Shown here one piece after another: positions 21,461 to 35,882 of a stretch of DNA of 64,000 bases (within the stretch, counting starts at the first letter, position 1; each line of letters opens with the position of its first letter). Source of the DNA: Balanoglossus misakiensis (taxonomy: Eukaryota; Animalia; Hemichordata); NCBI GenBank assembly GCA_040954595.2, contig CM082587.2:2447000-2510999 (forward strand). Reading direction: 5' to 3'. Under the pieces are notes generated by a model. It saw nothing but the letters and a program-made list of their open reading frames with translations, was not told the DNA's origin and did no database searches. The translations under genes and the position numbers were made by a program.

Positions 21461-24400
21461 CTCATCAGATGCACTCTCGGACCGCGGCTGTACAGAATTT
21501 ACAGCAAAGGCGAAGTCAGGGTATGTTATATTTGAATACCACGCTTTTATCAATAAGCGGGGACAAGGGAAACCATATATTCAATATCACCGTATATTTT
21601 CACTGTAAATCATTAAATTCCCTATGGTTTCAGTTTCCGGATTCATGATTGGCCAATATTCACGTACACATCGCCAGGTTATTCATAAGGCCAGGTGATA
21701 CAACGAGGAAATAACGTCTTTTCCAAACCAGTTTGACACGTGATAGTAAAAGCTTATGATATATTCTTAAATACAGCGTGATGCACAAGGATGTGTGTGA
21801 ATATGGAGAGCGTTTAAGTAATCTCTCTGAAAACTAGAGGTCAAAGGTCACGGTTGTGGCACTGTGCTTTGTTCTTATGCATTCAGTAAAATACATAGTG
21901 ATTGAAAGCTGTGGGCAATCTCATTTTATTTCACTTTAATTGGGAACAGACACTATTGAATCTGAAACACAGCATGAAATGAATACTCCATTTTTTTTAG
22001 ATTAAGAATGTAAACTTGCATAACATGATTGGCCTTGAACTGGAGTTGCATGTACATGTACTTGACTGTTGATGTTTCTTGCATTATTTTGTTTTGCATA
22101 ACAGGGTCATGAATATGAAGCAAATGCATTAGAAAGACACAGTGACACTGTAGTGAAATGGGTAAGTCTGAAAACAATTGTTATACTAGCCATGTATGTT
22201 GGCCAGGGAGAAATATATTAAAATTGCCTGAAAAACTGGAAAGTGTAAAAGGCTAGAGTGACTCGAAGTGTATGAATCCAGATAATTGTCTTCTTATCAT
22301 TTGAAGATCACGATTGACTTCAAGTTCAAGGTGGGGGGGGGGGGGGGGGGGGCTCAGTTATGCCCTGATTTGCGACTAGGCATTTGCTCCTGTTAGTCTT
22401 TGGGAATGCAGAGCCCAAAAACTCCCGGCCAAGATCTCAACCATTTTATTATTGCAGGTCAGTGTGATGTGGAATCTCACCTGGTACTTCTCACCTGGAG
22501 TTGGATACTTCCTGTACAGGAGAGGTAAGTAATAACAATCACACATTTTGTAGAGGTCATGGTTGCCACAAAGTTTGCTGAAAGTAGCCAGTATAAGATT
22601 GATAATTGCCTGAGTCTATATGGTTTATTACAATTTTCCCAGAGAATTCAAAATCAAATACTAGAAAACTTACCTGAGTGATTTTTTTGCAGGTTATTTT
22701 ACAGTGGATGGTCTGCTAAGTATAGCCAGGTTTGCGGGCACAGTATTTATCATTCTCTTCAGTGCTGTCTGTGTCAGAGGTGAGACCCTTTTTCTATGGT
22801 GTGTGAAATTTTTTGAACCAAGTTGGTTTGGAGAAAACTTCTAAAATGACATCACATCACAGGGTCTGGGTGGAAGTTAGGATCATAGAGTGTAATGGTG
22901 TTGTTCATTGACTTTCCAGGTATTGGCAGAGTGACGAATGAAGAATACAAAAAATTTCTGAAAATTTTACATGAAGTTAGAATTCACAAATCTTTGGAAA
23001 GCAGGGTAAGAAATAGTCATTAGAAAGCCACTGTTTCAGAGCACGTATAATTGATTATTCTAAAATGCCATGTTTGGTATATAAGTTGAACTTCTGTGCA
23101 TTATTGGTGTTGCCCATTGAAATGCATATCTTGGCTACAACAGTAATATTTCTGTTATACTGTACAAACTTTCTGTTTCTAGAGGCGTCTGGCACAGTAT
23201 GATTTTCAGTTCAAGGCGTGGCCAGTAGACTTCAGATGGGATGATGTGGCAAGGTAAGGCAATGCCAAGAATTACTTCATATACGGAATAAGTAAAAAGG
23301 CTGGAAAAAACACTGGTAACATTTGCAGAGGTAGCACTCTTAACAAAAACAAATTTGTATTACAGTGATGAAAGAAAACCCATCACAGTCAGAGAGGCCA
23401 AGCCCAAGAAGATGATTGACCTGGTCAAAGGGCTCCCATGTCAAATTGTAAGGTAAGTACTATAACAGTTTTGTGTATATTAGCTCCTCTCATGTCAGAG
23501 GAGATGAATCTGAATCTTCTGTTGATATGTGATAAAAGACAGTGTCCTTCTGTTAGAAAGTATTCATGCATAGCTCACAACAAGTGTAATATGTTTCCCC
23601 TTTTTTCTGCAGTTATATCTTAGTTCATGTATTTGGACGTAGAATGATATATCCTGGATCAGTCTCTGTACTGTCTGCTGCTGTAGGTAAGTGATTGTTA
23701 TGTCTTGTAGATGGGATTTGGTATCTAGTAATAAAATAAACAGAATTACATTCTGCTGACTGAAACTAAGTCAAGTTCCAAATGACCTTTAAGTTGCACA
23801 CTTTTTTCCCAAAAATTCTTGCAGGACCAATGTTACTACAAGGAAGGACTAAACAAGTGGAAGAGTACAATGGACAGAGGGCCAAGTTACAGGCAAGAGA
23901 TGGCAATGATATAGACACAATGTTTATTGATAGAAGAGACAAGGAAGAACAGTTCAGTAATGGCAATACCTTGGTAGGTTTTTTATTTTAGGTACATTCC
24001 ATATTACCTGTCTTCTATGTACTGTTGGGATGTGTTTGTGGATCAGATGTTTTTTTCATGAGAATGTTCATTTATGTATGTTTGCTCTGTAGGTTGTTTG
24101 CTGCGAAGGGAATGCAGGTTTTTATGAAATCGGCTGTACCTGTACACCTATTGAAGGTGAGTGTGTCATGTGGGGAACACAGTCAAAATTAACCAGTAGA
24201 TCACAGATAATATCTCTGGATATTCCAAGCACCAGACATGAGCTAAATACAGTGCTTAATTTCAAATCTGACTTTCACCTTCTTCTCATCAACACAGGTG
24301 GGTATTCAGTTCTTGGATGGAATCATCCAGGATTTGCAGGAAGCACGGTGAGTCTTGATAGGGTTTTCGTATTATCCTTTTATTCTCCTGGTATCTCTAG

Positions 24401-26509
24401 AGAGAAGATGAACTTGAATCTCTTACTGGTACAGTCCCATTGTCCGATATTAACACAAAAGATTCGGATTAGCTTAGACATTACATGCATAATTCTGTGT
24501 GAAAATTTTGCAAGAAAAATATCATTTAAGACACCGTTTATTGTTTTTTTTATCCAGGGTGTTCCATTTCCAGAAAATGAAGCCAATGCAGTGGATGTCG
24601 TCATGCAGTATGCCATCCATAAACTGGGATTCTCCACAGAAAACATCATCTTGTTTGCTTGGTCTATTGGTGGTTACACAGCCACTTTGGCTGCTAAGAA
24701 TTATCCAGATGTCAGGGCTGTGGTGAGTCTATGAAGAAAATTTCAAATTCACACACTTGATTTTGCTGCAGATCTGAAAGTTTGGGTAGCTGTACAATTT
24801 GAACCAAATCATGTACATGTACATTATGTAAGTTTTCTTGTATATAATTCTCACCTCTCGTATCTTTTTCTCTTGTTAGATTTTGGATGCCACATTTGAT
24901 GATCTTGTTCCTCTTGCTGTGACAAGAATGCCAGATAGTTTGAGTAAGTAGTCTTTCTTTTAGTCCAGGCAGGGCTCCCTTATAATAGAAGCACAAGTAA
25001 AGATACTGGCAAAAGTTGACTTTGATGCAAAGATCTTGAGAATATAATGACTTTTAAATACTTATTTGCAGGAGGAGTGATAACCAGAGGAATACGAGAT
25101 TATATCAATTTAAATATTGCTGATCAACTCTCTCAGTAAGTCAGAATTTTGTGATCCTTTGGCTAATTATTGTGTTGACTCAAGGTGGCGCTGTTCATTC
25201 ATCTGCATTTGCAGCCTTGTGGAGAGCCTGTCACTATATCTTTTGCATTCATCATACTCAGCAATGTTAGTCTGAATCTGACAGTTTTTGTTTGTACTTA
25301 CAGTTACACTGGACCACTGAGACTCATCAGAAGAAGCAGGGATGAAATTATTACCTCCGAGTAAGTCAAATTACTCCAACTGTACACTGGAATTTTTAAA
25401 TTTATCACCATATTTTTTTCATAATTATTGACCTCCGTTTCTTTGCATATATTACAGTACACCTGAGAATGTTGCTTCGAATCGTGGCAATGATTTGTTG
25501 GTAAAAGTCCTCAGGCAGAGGTGAGTGAAATGTCAATAAACGAGTCTATTGAAGCAAACACACTATATTGTCATGTCTGTTGCTATAAATTTACTTCTGT
25601 CACAACTATTTTGTTACTGGCACACCGAGGATTGCTCACAGAATCCTATTTCCCTTTTGTAGGTATCCCAAGCTGATCACAAATGAAAGTTTATCAGTAC
25701 TAAGGGCGTGGTTGTCTTCTAGTGATCAGGTCTCTCAGAGTAAGTTGTATTCTCTTCTAAGGATTATGAGTACATTAAATTTGTCATAAACATTGAACAC
25801 AGCATCGTTCTTCAAAGCTCTTGGCTGTACATGTGCACATTCTCTCTAGTTTTCTGGCACCAACAACTTAAAAAAAATCTGTTTTTTTCCCCCCAGTGTC
25901 TATACTAGCATCTGTGGAGCTTGATGAATCAGAATGCCTTCAGATATTACAGAGTTATGCAGAGGAAAACTCGGCTGCTTTTCCCATGCTAATAGGTAGG
26001 TATGGTCTCCCCAGACGTCCCTCTAATCAGTCCAATTATTTCAATGAGTGACAGGCTATTTTTCCTATGCAACTGTTTCCCCTGTAATCAGTTTATTATT
26101 TCTGTTAGATATGTGACTTGCTTAGGTAAAAAAGTCAATATGTGATTTGCCGATGTAATGTTATTTTCTATTTTCAGGAGATGGCTTGGATGAAGATATG
26201 AAGATGAAACTTCTTCTGTTTTTGGTGAGTCACAGTAGACTTTCTGTTACATTATATGATTCTGCCTCAGGAAGTAGCAAGAGTTTCTGACAACTCACAA
26301 TTCCAGTTGTTCAGCGGGCCAGCTAAACCCTTCTAAATCCCCTTCTGCTAAACCCGGATCTTGCCACCTCCTCCCAACAGGCTACCAAGTACATGTCAGA
26401 CTTCGACTCCACTCACTGCACACCGCTGCCCGCCAGTCACTTCCAAATGCCCTGGATGCTGGATGAAGAGTTTGTCATCTACGATGGAGAGGATGAGGAG
26501 GAGCTGTGA
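21452..26509 (+). CDS. ABHD16A: Phosphatidylserine lipase ABHD16A (BAT5), ~541 aa, 20 coding exons
   Basis: Exons: 21452-21520, 22105-22161, 22458-22524, 22693-22779, 22920-23005, 23183-23253, 23366-23452, 23613-23686, 23825-23973, 24093-24156, 24298-24347, 24558-24722, 24880-24943, 25072-25135, 25304-25360, 25458-25520, 25663-25739, 25897-25995, 26178-26224, 26381-26509 (1626 nt). Motifs CTLGPRLYRIY, AWPVDFRW, FGRRMIYPGS, DGNDIDTMFIDRR, CCEGNAGFYEIG, LGWNHPGFAGSTGVPFP, nucleophile AWSIGG, LIRRSRDEII and FDSTHCTPLP. Confidence 0.96.
22333..22352. repeat. Poly-G homopolymer (G20) in ABHD16A intron 2
   Basis: 20 consecutive G. Confidence 0.9.
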
Positions 26510-27149
26510 GACACCCCACCCTGCCCACCCCCATGAAGAACTTGGTCGCACCCGATGGCATGGATGAAGAATGAGGGTGCATGATTTGATGAAGGGTTAC
26601 TGATGAATTCTGGGTCATTTAGGCTGCAAGGAATTAACGGGTGTTACTTGTAACTCCTGACCATTTTGTGTAGACATCGAGAGGCCTTGTTTCCTATTGT
26701 TGCCCCTTGTGATGTCTGTATCTTTTTGTTTTAATTATTCTACATTTTCTCAGTCTTTGACCATAGCACAAACGTTTAAAAATTTGCATAAATGAGGCAC
26801 TGGGAGGCATTTGTACGAGAAGGTTGATGTGCTGCTCTGCTAATGGAAATAGCTGCTTCAAGCGAGACTGATATAATGCCTTTTTTCACCCGCTTCTGTA
26901 GTTTTCCATGAAGATATTCAACTTCCAGAGTCAATATCAACCGATTACTAGTACCCAGTGTGCAAGTGTTTTCTAAGAATCTGAGGAGTATTCCTTGAAT
27001 AATCAGGAAGACTACTAATAGTGATATGAACTTTTGACACAGATTTTAAAGAAAGATCAATATACTTCCCCAAAGGGAGCTATTTCAAAGTGATAGTGAT
27101 GATAAGCACATATTCAGAAGGAAATCATACAAAGAAAACCACTAGCTCT

Positions 27150-27163
27150 GTTGCCATGACAAC
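27150..27163. promoter_or_regulatory. RFX X-box motif
   Basis: GTTGCCATGACAAC fits the palindromic RFX consensus GTTRCCATGGYAAC with one deviation. It lies in the presumed ABHD16A 3' UTR (AATAAA at 27798). Function is unproven. Confidence 0.35.
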
Positions 27164-30100
27164 ATGCTTCTAGCAAAAATTTGCTTATAAATTATGCAGG
27201 AGAAGACAGATAATCTGAGTGAATTCGGTATATGCTACAAGAAAGGAAGAGAAAAAACATGAATGGTAATTTTCAATAATGCCCCGATATCCTAGATCAA
27301 TGAAACAGTTTGCCCCCGAGTCTTTGGCTGTTGAATTTGAATTGCTTCTTGGAAATGTACGCTGATTCCAGTCGAGGCAGCCCCATTGTATCCTACCCTC
27401 TGTGCCAAAGCGCCAAGTCTAGACCCAGAGAAAGCTGTATTTTATAAGCTGAAACCTAACTCGCGCGATGTCCAAAAGAGTAGATTTGCATAGGTGGCAA
27501 CAGGCATGGAAGAACAGTGTAGTCTTACTCCATAACCCTCTCATACTTTCATAATCGGTTTTCAATATTTCACCAGTGGCAACTTATTTCAACAAAGCCT
27601 GATTTCTTTACTCGTCTCGTATATGCTTTTGAAGCAAGAAGGATTAGGCAATTTACAGGCACCTTCCAAAGTGTGCATCAAAAATTCGCTGTGAATCGTC
27701 AGATTATATGAATAATTGTTTGAATACATGAAAAAATCATCACGTAACCAAATTTAACCCAGAACAGCTGTGATCATTTTCCTTCAGCGCCACAAAAAAT
27801 AAATAATTCTTGGAAAGTACGACTGTTGACATTTTATTTGTGTTTGTTTTCAAGATGTTTCGGAGAACCACCTTCGGAATCAGCCTAAAGGTGAATTCTG
27901 GGAAGGCTTTTTAACCATCGCAGAATGACTCGTGACATTTAAAGTTTTTTTTTTCGTAACAGCAGTTGGAGTGCGGTAAAAGCTATCCAATGATGAGAAA
28001 TTCAACCTCTCAAGTGGACCGTTACAGCAAGAGTGTTTTCGAATCGGTATCACGCAATTAAACCAAAACGCGATATTTACTTTTTACTTTTTTTTTTTTT
28101 TTGTCTTAGTGAATTTTATGGTGGCCTTTTCAAACATTTCGAATGTCCAAGGTTCGTGGGAAACAAACAGCCTTGCAAGGACTGTGGAACTTCGTGAATA
28201 TTTGATGTGGAAACTTAATAGATTGTAAATGGACCGTAAAATGCGGAAGCTGATGTTAGCAACTCCCAGTGGAAATACGTCAAATTGTATTTCTAAGAAT
28301 AGCTTTGCTGGGAGATTTTATGCATCTTTCATCATGTCGTACGACCCAAAGAAAATCGTTGAAATCCCATTGATCAGTCTGTCTGTCGGTGTGTTTTATC
28401 TGTTATTTCTACAGACAGACAGATGGATGAATAGGCCTATTTAAAATTTCTCAGAGACCCAGTTTTCGGCTTTAAAACTGACGTGATGATCATTTGTTCA
28501 CAGACTTTATCAGAGGCAGTGATGTTCTCTGCATCTTCGTGAAATTTGCTCCTTGACAAGTTTCATCTTTGTCATCTAACGACCTCCTGAAAGCTGCGAG
28601 AGGTTGCCCTGGCGATTATATGTTAGGAACTCGTTCACGTTGTGTTCTCCCCCGGCCAGATTGGCCGACGGCTGCTAATTAAAGCCGTGTTAAATTGGAC
28701 GAGTGTTCATTTATCGGGGTAGCGGAGCTCGTTATTTTAGCTCTGCATACCAAACGAAAAAATTACCCCCGACGTGCGGAGCGTGTGTTATTATGGAAAG
28801 AGCCGGCGAACTATCTACTCAGTCGTGTGTACCTTGCGACACAAACTGACAACTAGAAAACGCATTAACTTTACATGACGTGGGAAGGTGTATTTGGTTT
28901 GTGAAGTGTTTGCCGATTAACTGTCGATTGTTTGACACCGGAGGTAGTTGGTGCAACGAGAGTCCTGTCCAGATTGTGACAGTTTGTAAACATGAACGAT
29001 TCTGTGCCTATTTTGCCAAGACAAACACCTCAGCTGTAAGTGAGGGAGAGCAAACGAGATTGTGTTTCTTCAAACACGTAGTCCTTTGATCGATCAAACC
29101 CCAGTTTTGTTATTGCCACTGACATTCGCGTTCTATCGAGTGTTACCTTCATCAAAAGCAACAGCACTTTTAGATGTTCAGCCACTGCATGGATGGCGAC
29201 AAGTACAATACCAGTGATGTATCGAGCAGGGTGTTCATAATGACAACAAACAATAGGGCCTATAGTCAATGATACGAAACACGAGAAAAATGTCATTTTA
29301 CCAGCATCCGTATCATCAAATGAGAACGACGAACATCTTGATTCCGTTTCGGCCAATGAAAACCCACCATACTTAGTTTCCATAGTAATAGCCTCGAAAT
29401 GGCAAACTAGCAGGTGAGAGAGCTCGTCTGCAAAAACAACAACTAGAATTCATTTATTTTAAATGCGATCGGGATGACTACAGAATAGAGTCAATGTGCC
29501 GACAAGGCAGTCGATGGAGATGCGCTCACTGAGGCGAAGGGTTGCCGCGGCGTAAGATCCGAAAAAGGCTTACCGACGCAAAAGTGAGTATACAAGAGAC
29601 GTGTTCATGCATTCGTATTAAGCGCGACGGTGTCTCAGCTCAACGCTGCTTTTTTAACGCAGGTGAATTTAATGTTCTGAATTGAGTGTGCGCCATAAAG
29701 AATTGTTAAAATTGGTAAGGAAGGACATTATCACCAAAAGGCCACAAAATTTACTGAAATGTGAAATCGTCAATTAATGGAAAACCTGGAAGAGAAGGTT
29801 TAGGCAGAATACTCTGCTGTATATTTCTTTGAATTCTCTAAATCGACCTAGCTAACGTAATTACATGGCAAATAAGTACGCGGTAAATTGCTTGAAATTT
29901 TGCACCATGTTTTTAACTCACCATGAGAGGTGCCAACAAACCCTTAGGAACATATTTTGGTTCAGGTTGCACTTTGGGACGGGTCATAAACGTATTGTGT
30001 ATTGAGAACAAGCGCGGGCTCAAAATCGCCGTATACTAAGTCAGCTTCGGCACAAATCGGATTATCTCGGCGACACACGATCATTGTCAGACCGACCTAT

Positions 30101-32437
30101 CTGAGGAACGTTAAACTAGAACACGGAAGAAAATTGAATTCAGTCAAACACCACTGCAGAAACATCGAACATTAACAAGAGTAAACGTGTAAACAGACAC
30201 CGCCACTTCATTCGCGAGCAACCGTCTTATTCCCGAAGCGCCGAAAGCTTGTTTATCACGGCAGCGTGTACTCATTGTTCTCGATTCTTTATTTCCAATA
30301 TGGCGGTTTCTTATAAATCGACTGATGAGATGAGATTAGATGAAATGCTGTATTCTGGGTCGAAATTAGCCACGCTTCGTACATAATTTAAAGTCGTAAT
30401 ACGCTCTAGCAGAATGAAAGAAAATCCAATCCAATATAAGCAACACTGCTCTCTCTATTTATCGTGGAAACCCTAAGGATAATGTTTCTTCGGGCATGTA
30501 TTAGGGGTATGTTACAGCTGCTCACATGGTGCTGTTCGCCAACAACCTATACTCTTCATCGAGCGTGATGTTTGTAGGGTTTGTACAACCACATCATATT
30601 TGCCTATACAATGGGCAATTACGTGATCATGATAAAATGCCTTTAGGGTTATTAACAGCTAAATGACATTCCTCTTAGCGGGAGAGATAGAAGAAGGTCG
30701 ACATTGAAATAATCTCGCCCAAATACCGCCACACATAAGTTTGAAGGTCCATGCGGCTATACCGGGGAGTTTACACCTTTTCCCAATAAAATGGCCCTCT
30801 TTCAGGAAAGGCGCAATAAAACACATCTGAAATTTCCCAGAGTCGTCAAACGCAGAACAAGATTTAATAACTTTCACTGAATGAGGTCCAATGCCTTGTG
30901 TAATCAACATATAGAGTGAGCAGGATCTAGTATTTACCAGTTTACAATCGCATTGCTCAGGGCATAACGTGTTACGAAATTGCATGCGGCGCGTAAACTG
31001 TTAAACGAGGTTGCGATAAATACCGCTGGAGACATAGATAGATTAGGCCGAGAACCTACACGTATTTGGCAAATTGCCGCGTAAAAATATACGATTGTGT
31101 GAACAGCCCTCATGTGTCAAACAGACACGCGTAAACACTTCACGAACGATTTTTGAGGAAAAGCTCTTGACAAGGAATGGCCGTCAAGTGAAGGATTAAT
31201 GGCTTGTATAGATTTCACCGTGGTTGATTCAGAACCATTTCATTCTTGGAGTGGCATTACTGTCGCCTAGTTAAAGAGCAGGCCACTTGAAATCTGAGAA
31301 CTTGGGGGAGATTGTACATTAGGGTTATTTGAGAGAGATGAAAACACAGTCAGGAGGAGAGTGATAACGAATCATTTGAGTTTTGCCACGAGAACATTTT
31401 TCATTAAAAATTACTGACGCCAACAGAACAAAAGGTGACAACAACCGAATAACATTACATCAATCGAATCACGAGTAATTATGAAAAAGTTGAAAGTGGG
31501 AGAGGTATTTTAATATCACGACAGGATAATGATAATGTTTACCAGAATCATTTTGAACAGGGTACAACAGTCAATGTTATTTATGGCAGCGAAGTTGACA
31601 CGGTCAACGATGATAGAAATGTTTCGGTAATCTCAGCGACGCAGCTGACGTCACGCATGTCGGATATGACAGTAATCAACACCAGAGTCTGACAACTCGG
31701 CATTGTGACATCGGCAGTAATAATGATTTAATTAGCACTGTTTCCATGACGGCAGTGATGTCGTTTTAAGCGTTGAAGAACGCAATGGCCAGGCAAAACA
31801 TTGTGTGTTCTATAGCGGTCCGTCTATTAAATTGTGCCCGAGAAATTGATCAACTGCAGTGCTGGAAAATCCCCCTCCCCTGAGAATTTTCGATGAATGA
31901 TGCCTTTAGTATTGCTTGCTTGTATTATTCTAACGATTTGACACCTGGTCGACCCCAGGTACGAATCACAGACAAAGAGAACTTGTAGAAACCATCAATG
32001 GGAAAACAGTGAGTGTTGAACACACACACGAATCTCACGCTTTCTCACCATCACCGCGCGCCACTTGACCTGTTGTCAGGACAACGACAAAGGCAATTCG
32101 CGTCATCAACACTTCATGACATAGGATTCCAAACTTTGTGAGGTTATAAACACAGGTTTTATTTGGATTGATGTACATTTCTCGGAATGTATCCCCACCT
32201 GAATCTCGAGCGAAATCCTGATGTTTGATGGTTTTCTGTGCAAATCTCTCCAGTTACGACCTCGATCCTTCCGGTCTTGTACGAGGTAATAATGAAAGAA
32301 AGGGGAAGTTAACGGAAACTGTAAAGAGACAGTCATGAACGAACAGCAAATCTCAATGAACCAATTAAAACGTCGGTTTGTTTGACGCAGGAGTTGGTTA
32401 ACATGATAGGGACAAGAAAGCACATATATCTATGCCT

Positions 32438-32552
32438 ATAGGTAGGTAGACAGAGAGATAATAATACGGATAGATAGGTACATGTATGCAGACAGCCAGG
32501 AAGACAGACACAGAGATACACAGAGAGACAGACAGACACATACACACATAGA
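32438..32552. repeat. Degenerate AGAC/AGAT/ACAC microsatellite
   Basis: ggtaggtagacagagagata..gatagataggta..gacagacacagagatacacagagagacagacagacacatacacacatagat. Confidence 0.75.
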
Positions 32553-35502
32553 TGGCTGTTTTTGTCATATTCTTGAACACTGCCCACGCACACTATCCTT
32601 TGTAACTGCCTATTGGAACACTGCAATCAACTCCACCCCTGTGGGTATTGCACTTTCGCAAGGTCACATGAAAATCCCGTTGCCATGTTATATGACCACT
32701 TAAGTGACAAGCACACAACGTGAACTGTGGCACACATTTTCTAGGATCGAATCTGCCGCTGAAGAATTCAGTTGATTAACCTGGGGCGGTCTTCCATGGC
32801 CAGGCACACACATGCAATCACCGTCTTGTAAATGTGCTGATCAATGTTATATACGCCTGTTGTTATTAATGGTTAGTAACACCGGGTAGAAATTCGATTA
32901 GGGCGTGATATTCCATTGGCAGAGATTAAAGTCTCGATTTTCTGTGAAACGAAGCGAAAGAAAACGATAATTTCTACTAGACACAGCCTTGGACCACGCT
33001 ACAATTACTCATTCAGTTGCCGTGTGTCTTGAAACTGTCGAGTAATCTCCGGTTGAAGTCGTCAAATTTAGACCAGACAGTCAGACATTGCAGAGTATGT
33101 CAGTAGCAATACGTAAGCCCTGCATTTTTTAATTGAATGAAAACGATACCTGTTGGCATATCACACTCTTTTCGGCGTAAATACAACATTTTTATGCTCT
33201 ACTTTTGGCGGATGGGTGATTTATGTTCTGAACAGTTATTACTCAAGGAACTTGAAAGATTAATATTCTCAATTTATCTTTAAAAGGATATTTATGGCAT
33301 TTTATGACTTGGCGTAACTTTTTATAATTAAGGAATGTATGACACTCTCAGTGAGATATTTTAATGGAAAGATAAATGTGTTTGATTGCCCATTTACCTT
33401 GTGGAGCGTGAAAATCTAATTTGCTTCATGGAAAACACACCCATGATGGTCGGGTGTATTTATTCAGAAACATTACTCAAAAATCGTGTTTGAGAGAACG
33501 TAGATGTCTAGACATACACTTTGTAGTTGATGAGTATCGGATATCGCGTATGATTCAGTGTCAACGTGTATATTTTCTAATTTTACGACGTGATTTGTAC
33601 ATCCGTGTTTTCTCTTCTCGGGTGATGAAAAATGAGAGCCCCCGAGTTTCTCAAATAAGACATGACCGCCGGCAATGATATAGCAAATTGGTAAAGTGAA
33701 ATTCGCAGGTGTAGACCATAAAAAAGTAAACGGCGCCAATTCGTCACTGACGGTGTTATTAATATATCACCTTTCAACGTGATTGTTTTTGACAGCGCTT
33801 TCACCAATGGAAACTTCTAAGTATTGAAAGCGTGTACAGTCAGTGCGAGTTTATCCCCGTCAAGTGTCACGTTTTCACGATGTTTGCTGTGTCAGCACCT
33901 GTCTGACAGTGGACAAGTCTTGTCGAATAACTAGGAATGTTACACGCTGTATCACTGTGATTACTCGGGTGGGGGCGATAAGTGACGCCACGCACACAAT
34001 CATTGCTTCAATCGTTTTATCAAAATGTATTGGGAACTAATATGCGAACAAAAGCCAAGGTCTCGCAGTCCGTGTTCCCTCAATTCAAAGACTTTAATAT
34101 GCCGGCTGCAATTTCGTCAATCTAATAAAGTCCATTGGTGAATGATGGCAGAAAGGTCGTGTCCACGTTACTCAATCAATTAATTGTAAATCTGGAACCG
34201 GACGTAATTGTAATGCACCTTTTATTGGAATCTCTCGCTTTTTATATAAATCTGAAGACTATTTTGCAGATCTAGAGAGGGTTGAACGTAGCAAGTTGCA
34301 TAACAAGATTGAAGGTTCATGTATAAAACTTTGTGATTTTCTTCTTCGTGTAGGGAAACGCCAACACAATATAAAACTGAACCGACTTTAAATATTATAT
34401 ACAGTGCGTACGTGCATCAATTTTTGATAAGCTATGGCGATCAACAGATTAGCGTGGGCCCATTTGCTTACGGCGGTTACTTTGTGAAATGTCTTTGAGG
34501 AAAAAATAAAACAAGTTGAGTGGAATTTTTCAGACTCGCTGACGGAAGTACGAAAACGTGAATGAAATCGCTTTCAACGATGCTGCATACCACCTGTTCA
34601 GCGTCGTAAATATGTCACATATTTCTCTGGTTTGCCAGGACAATTCAATTCTTTCCCCGAGGAAGGAAATTTAGCCAAAAGCTTTTAAGTCTGAAGGAAA
34701 TACGATGTCTTTCTAATGTGTTTTTAAAAGCTTTAACTAGATAAAGAGACACAATACCTTAACGACTTTCAGTCGCACAGTCAAAGTTATCTGTGTCACT
34801 CGCGCGTACATACACAAAGCCCTTATTTACATGCGCCGCATTACAACCGTACCGCCAGTTAACGTTGAGGGCCGCATACCCGGAACTACTTTTATTTTGA
34901 CACTGTAAACATGCCACAAGAAGACGCGCAATGTGCATATTTCGTCAGTTTACATTCAAGAGAGATTTTGTAGGACTCTCTTATCCGCGTCTTGCAAGGA
35001 AACATGTCTCTCGAAGATATTTCGTGTGGGCGGTTAAATTGTACTTAGTTGGTAATTTCTCTGGAGCACTGTGCCCGGCAGAAACATTTGCTGATGGAAG
35101 CAAAACATACGATTGTAATTAAAGGAGTTCGCCTACACATTCGTATCTGACACGGTGTCTTCGATTATAACCATCGCCACAATAATCACCAGCAATAGCA
35201 GCAACAGCAACACCATCAACCAATGGAATTATATAAAAAAACTGAAAAAAGCAATAATTTACGATGTTCAATCGGGAAAAAATAGTACATATGCCCAGGA
35301 CCTGCCCTATGCTTTAATGTTTGAGTCGTATGCCCTCGGGTGTCGATCTCTGGCAGAACCATGGTGGCGACATGTAATGTGACATTTTGCTTGGCAAATA
35401 TCGATGTGTTCTCTAACGTCAAACCATACGTGTGCAGCTTTGTAGCGATTATATGGGATTATTGTGGTAGAAAATTGCATCCATCTGTTTGGTTCCCCTG
35501 TG

Positions 35503-35882
35503 TTAAGGGGTAAAATGTCACCGACAGCCGCCTCATACACATTAACTCCATCAATATTACTGTCGTTCAGGTCCCAATCAATCTCGTGTTTTTGAGAGAA
35601 AAACGTCAGTGTCAGTTTCGCTTGCTTTCGACGAACCTAAACCTTAAATCTATAAAATAACCCAGATGTGTTTGACTTTTTTTCTGCTACAAACACTATT
35701 TTTGCTTCTGTGCTCCCATTTATTACATATGACCAAAACCCGCCATTTTTAAATTTTACCTAACATTCTATTTATCACTCACCTAGGTAGTAAAAAAATC
35801 TGAGAATTGTATTCCCCTTAGTTTTGCTACTCGGTTGTTAAATTTAGGTCAAGGCAAACTGCTACTGCGCACTTTCCCTTAA
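35503..35882. mobile_element. Degenerate TTAA-flanked MITE (Kolobok-like)
   Basis: Left end TTAAggggtaaaatgtca; right end gcgcactttcccTTAA (reverse complement ttaagggaaagtgcgc). AT-rich interior containing cgccattttt. Confidence 0.45.

Noticed and set aside
21526-21775. Degenerate MITE in ABHD16A intron 1
   Set aside because: The putative inverted ends (tatttgaatacc..gctttta / taaaagc..tattcttaaata) are too diverged and AT-rich to call.
26507-26665. Selenocysteine or read-through at the ABHD16A TGA, with a downstream hairpin
   Set aside because: The next in-frame TGA follows after 8 codons, the hairpin lacks a convincing SECIS core, and the protein is already complete.
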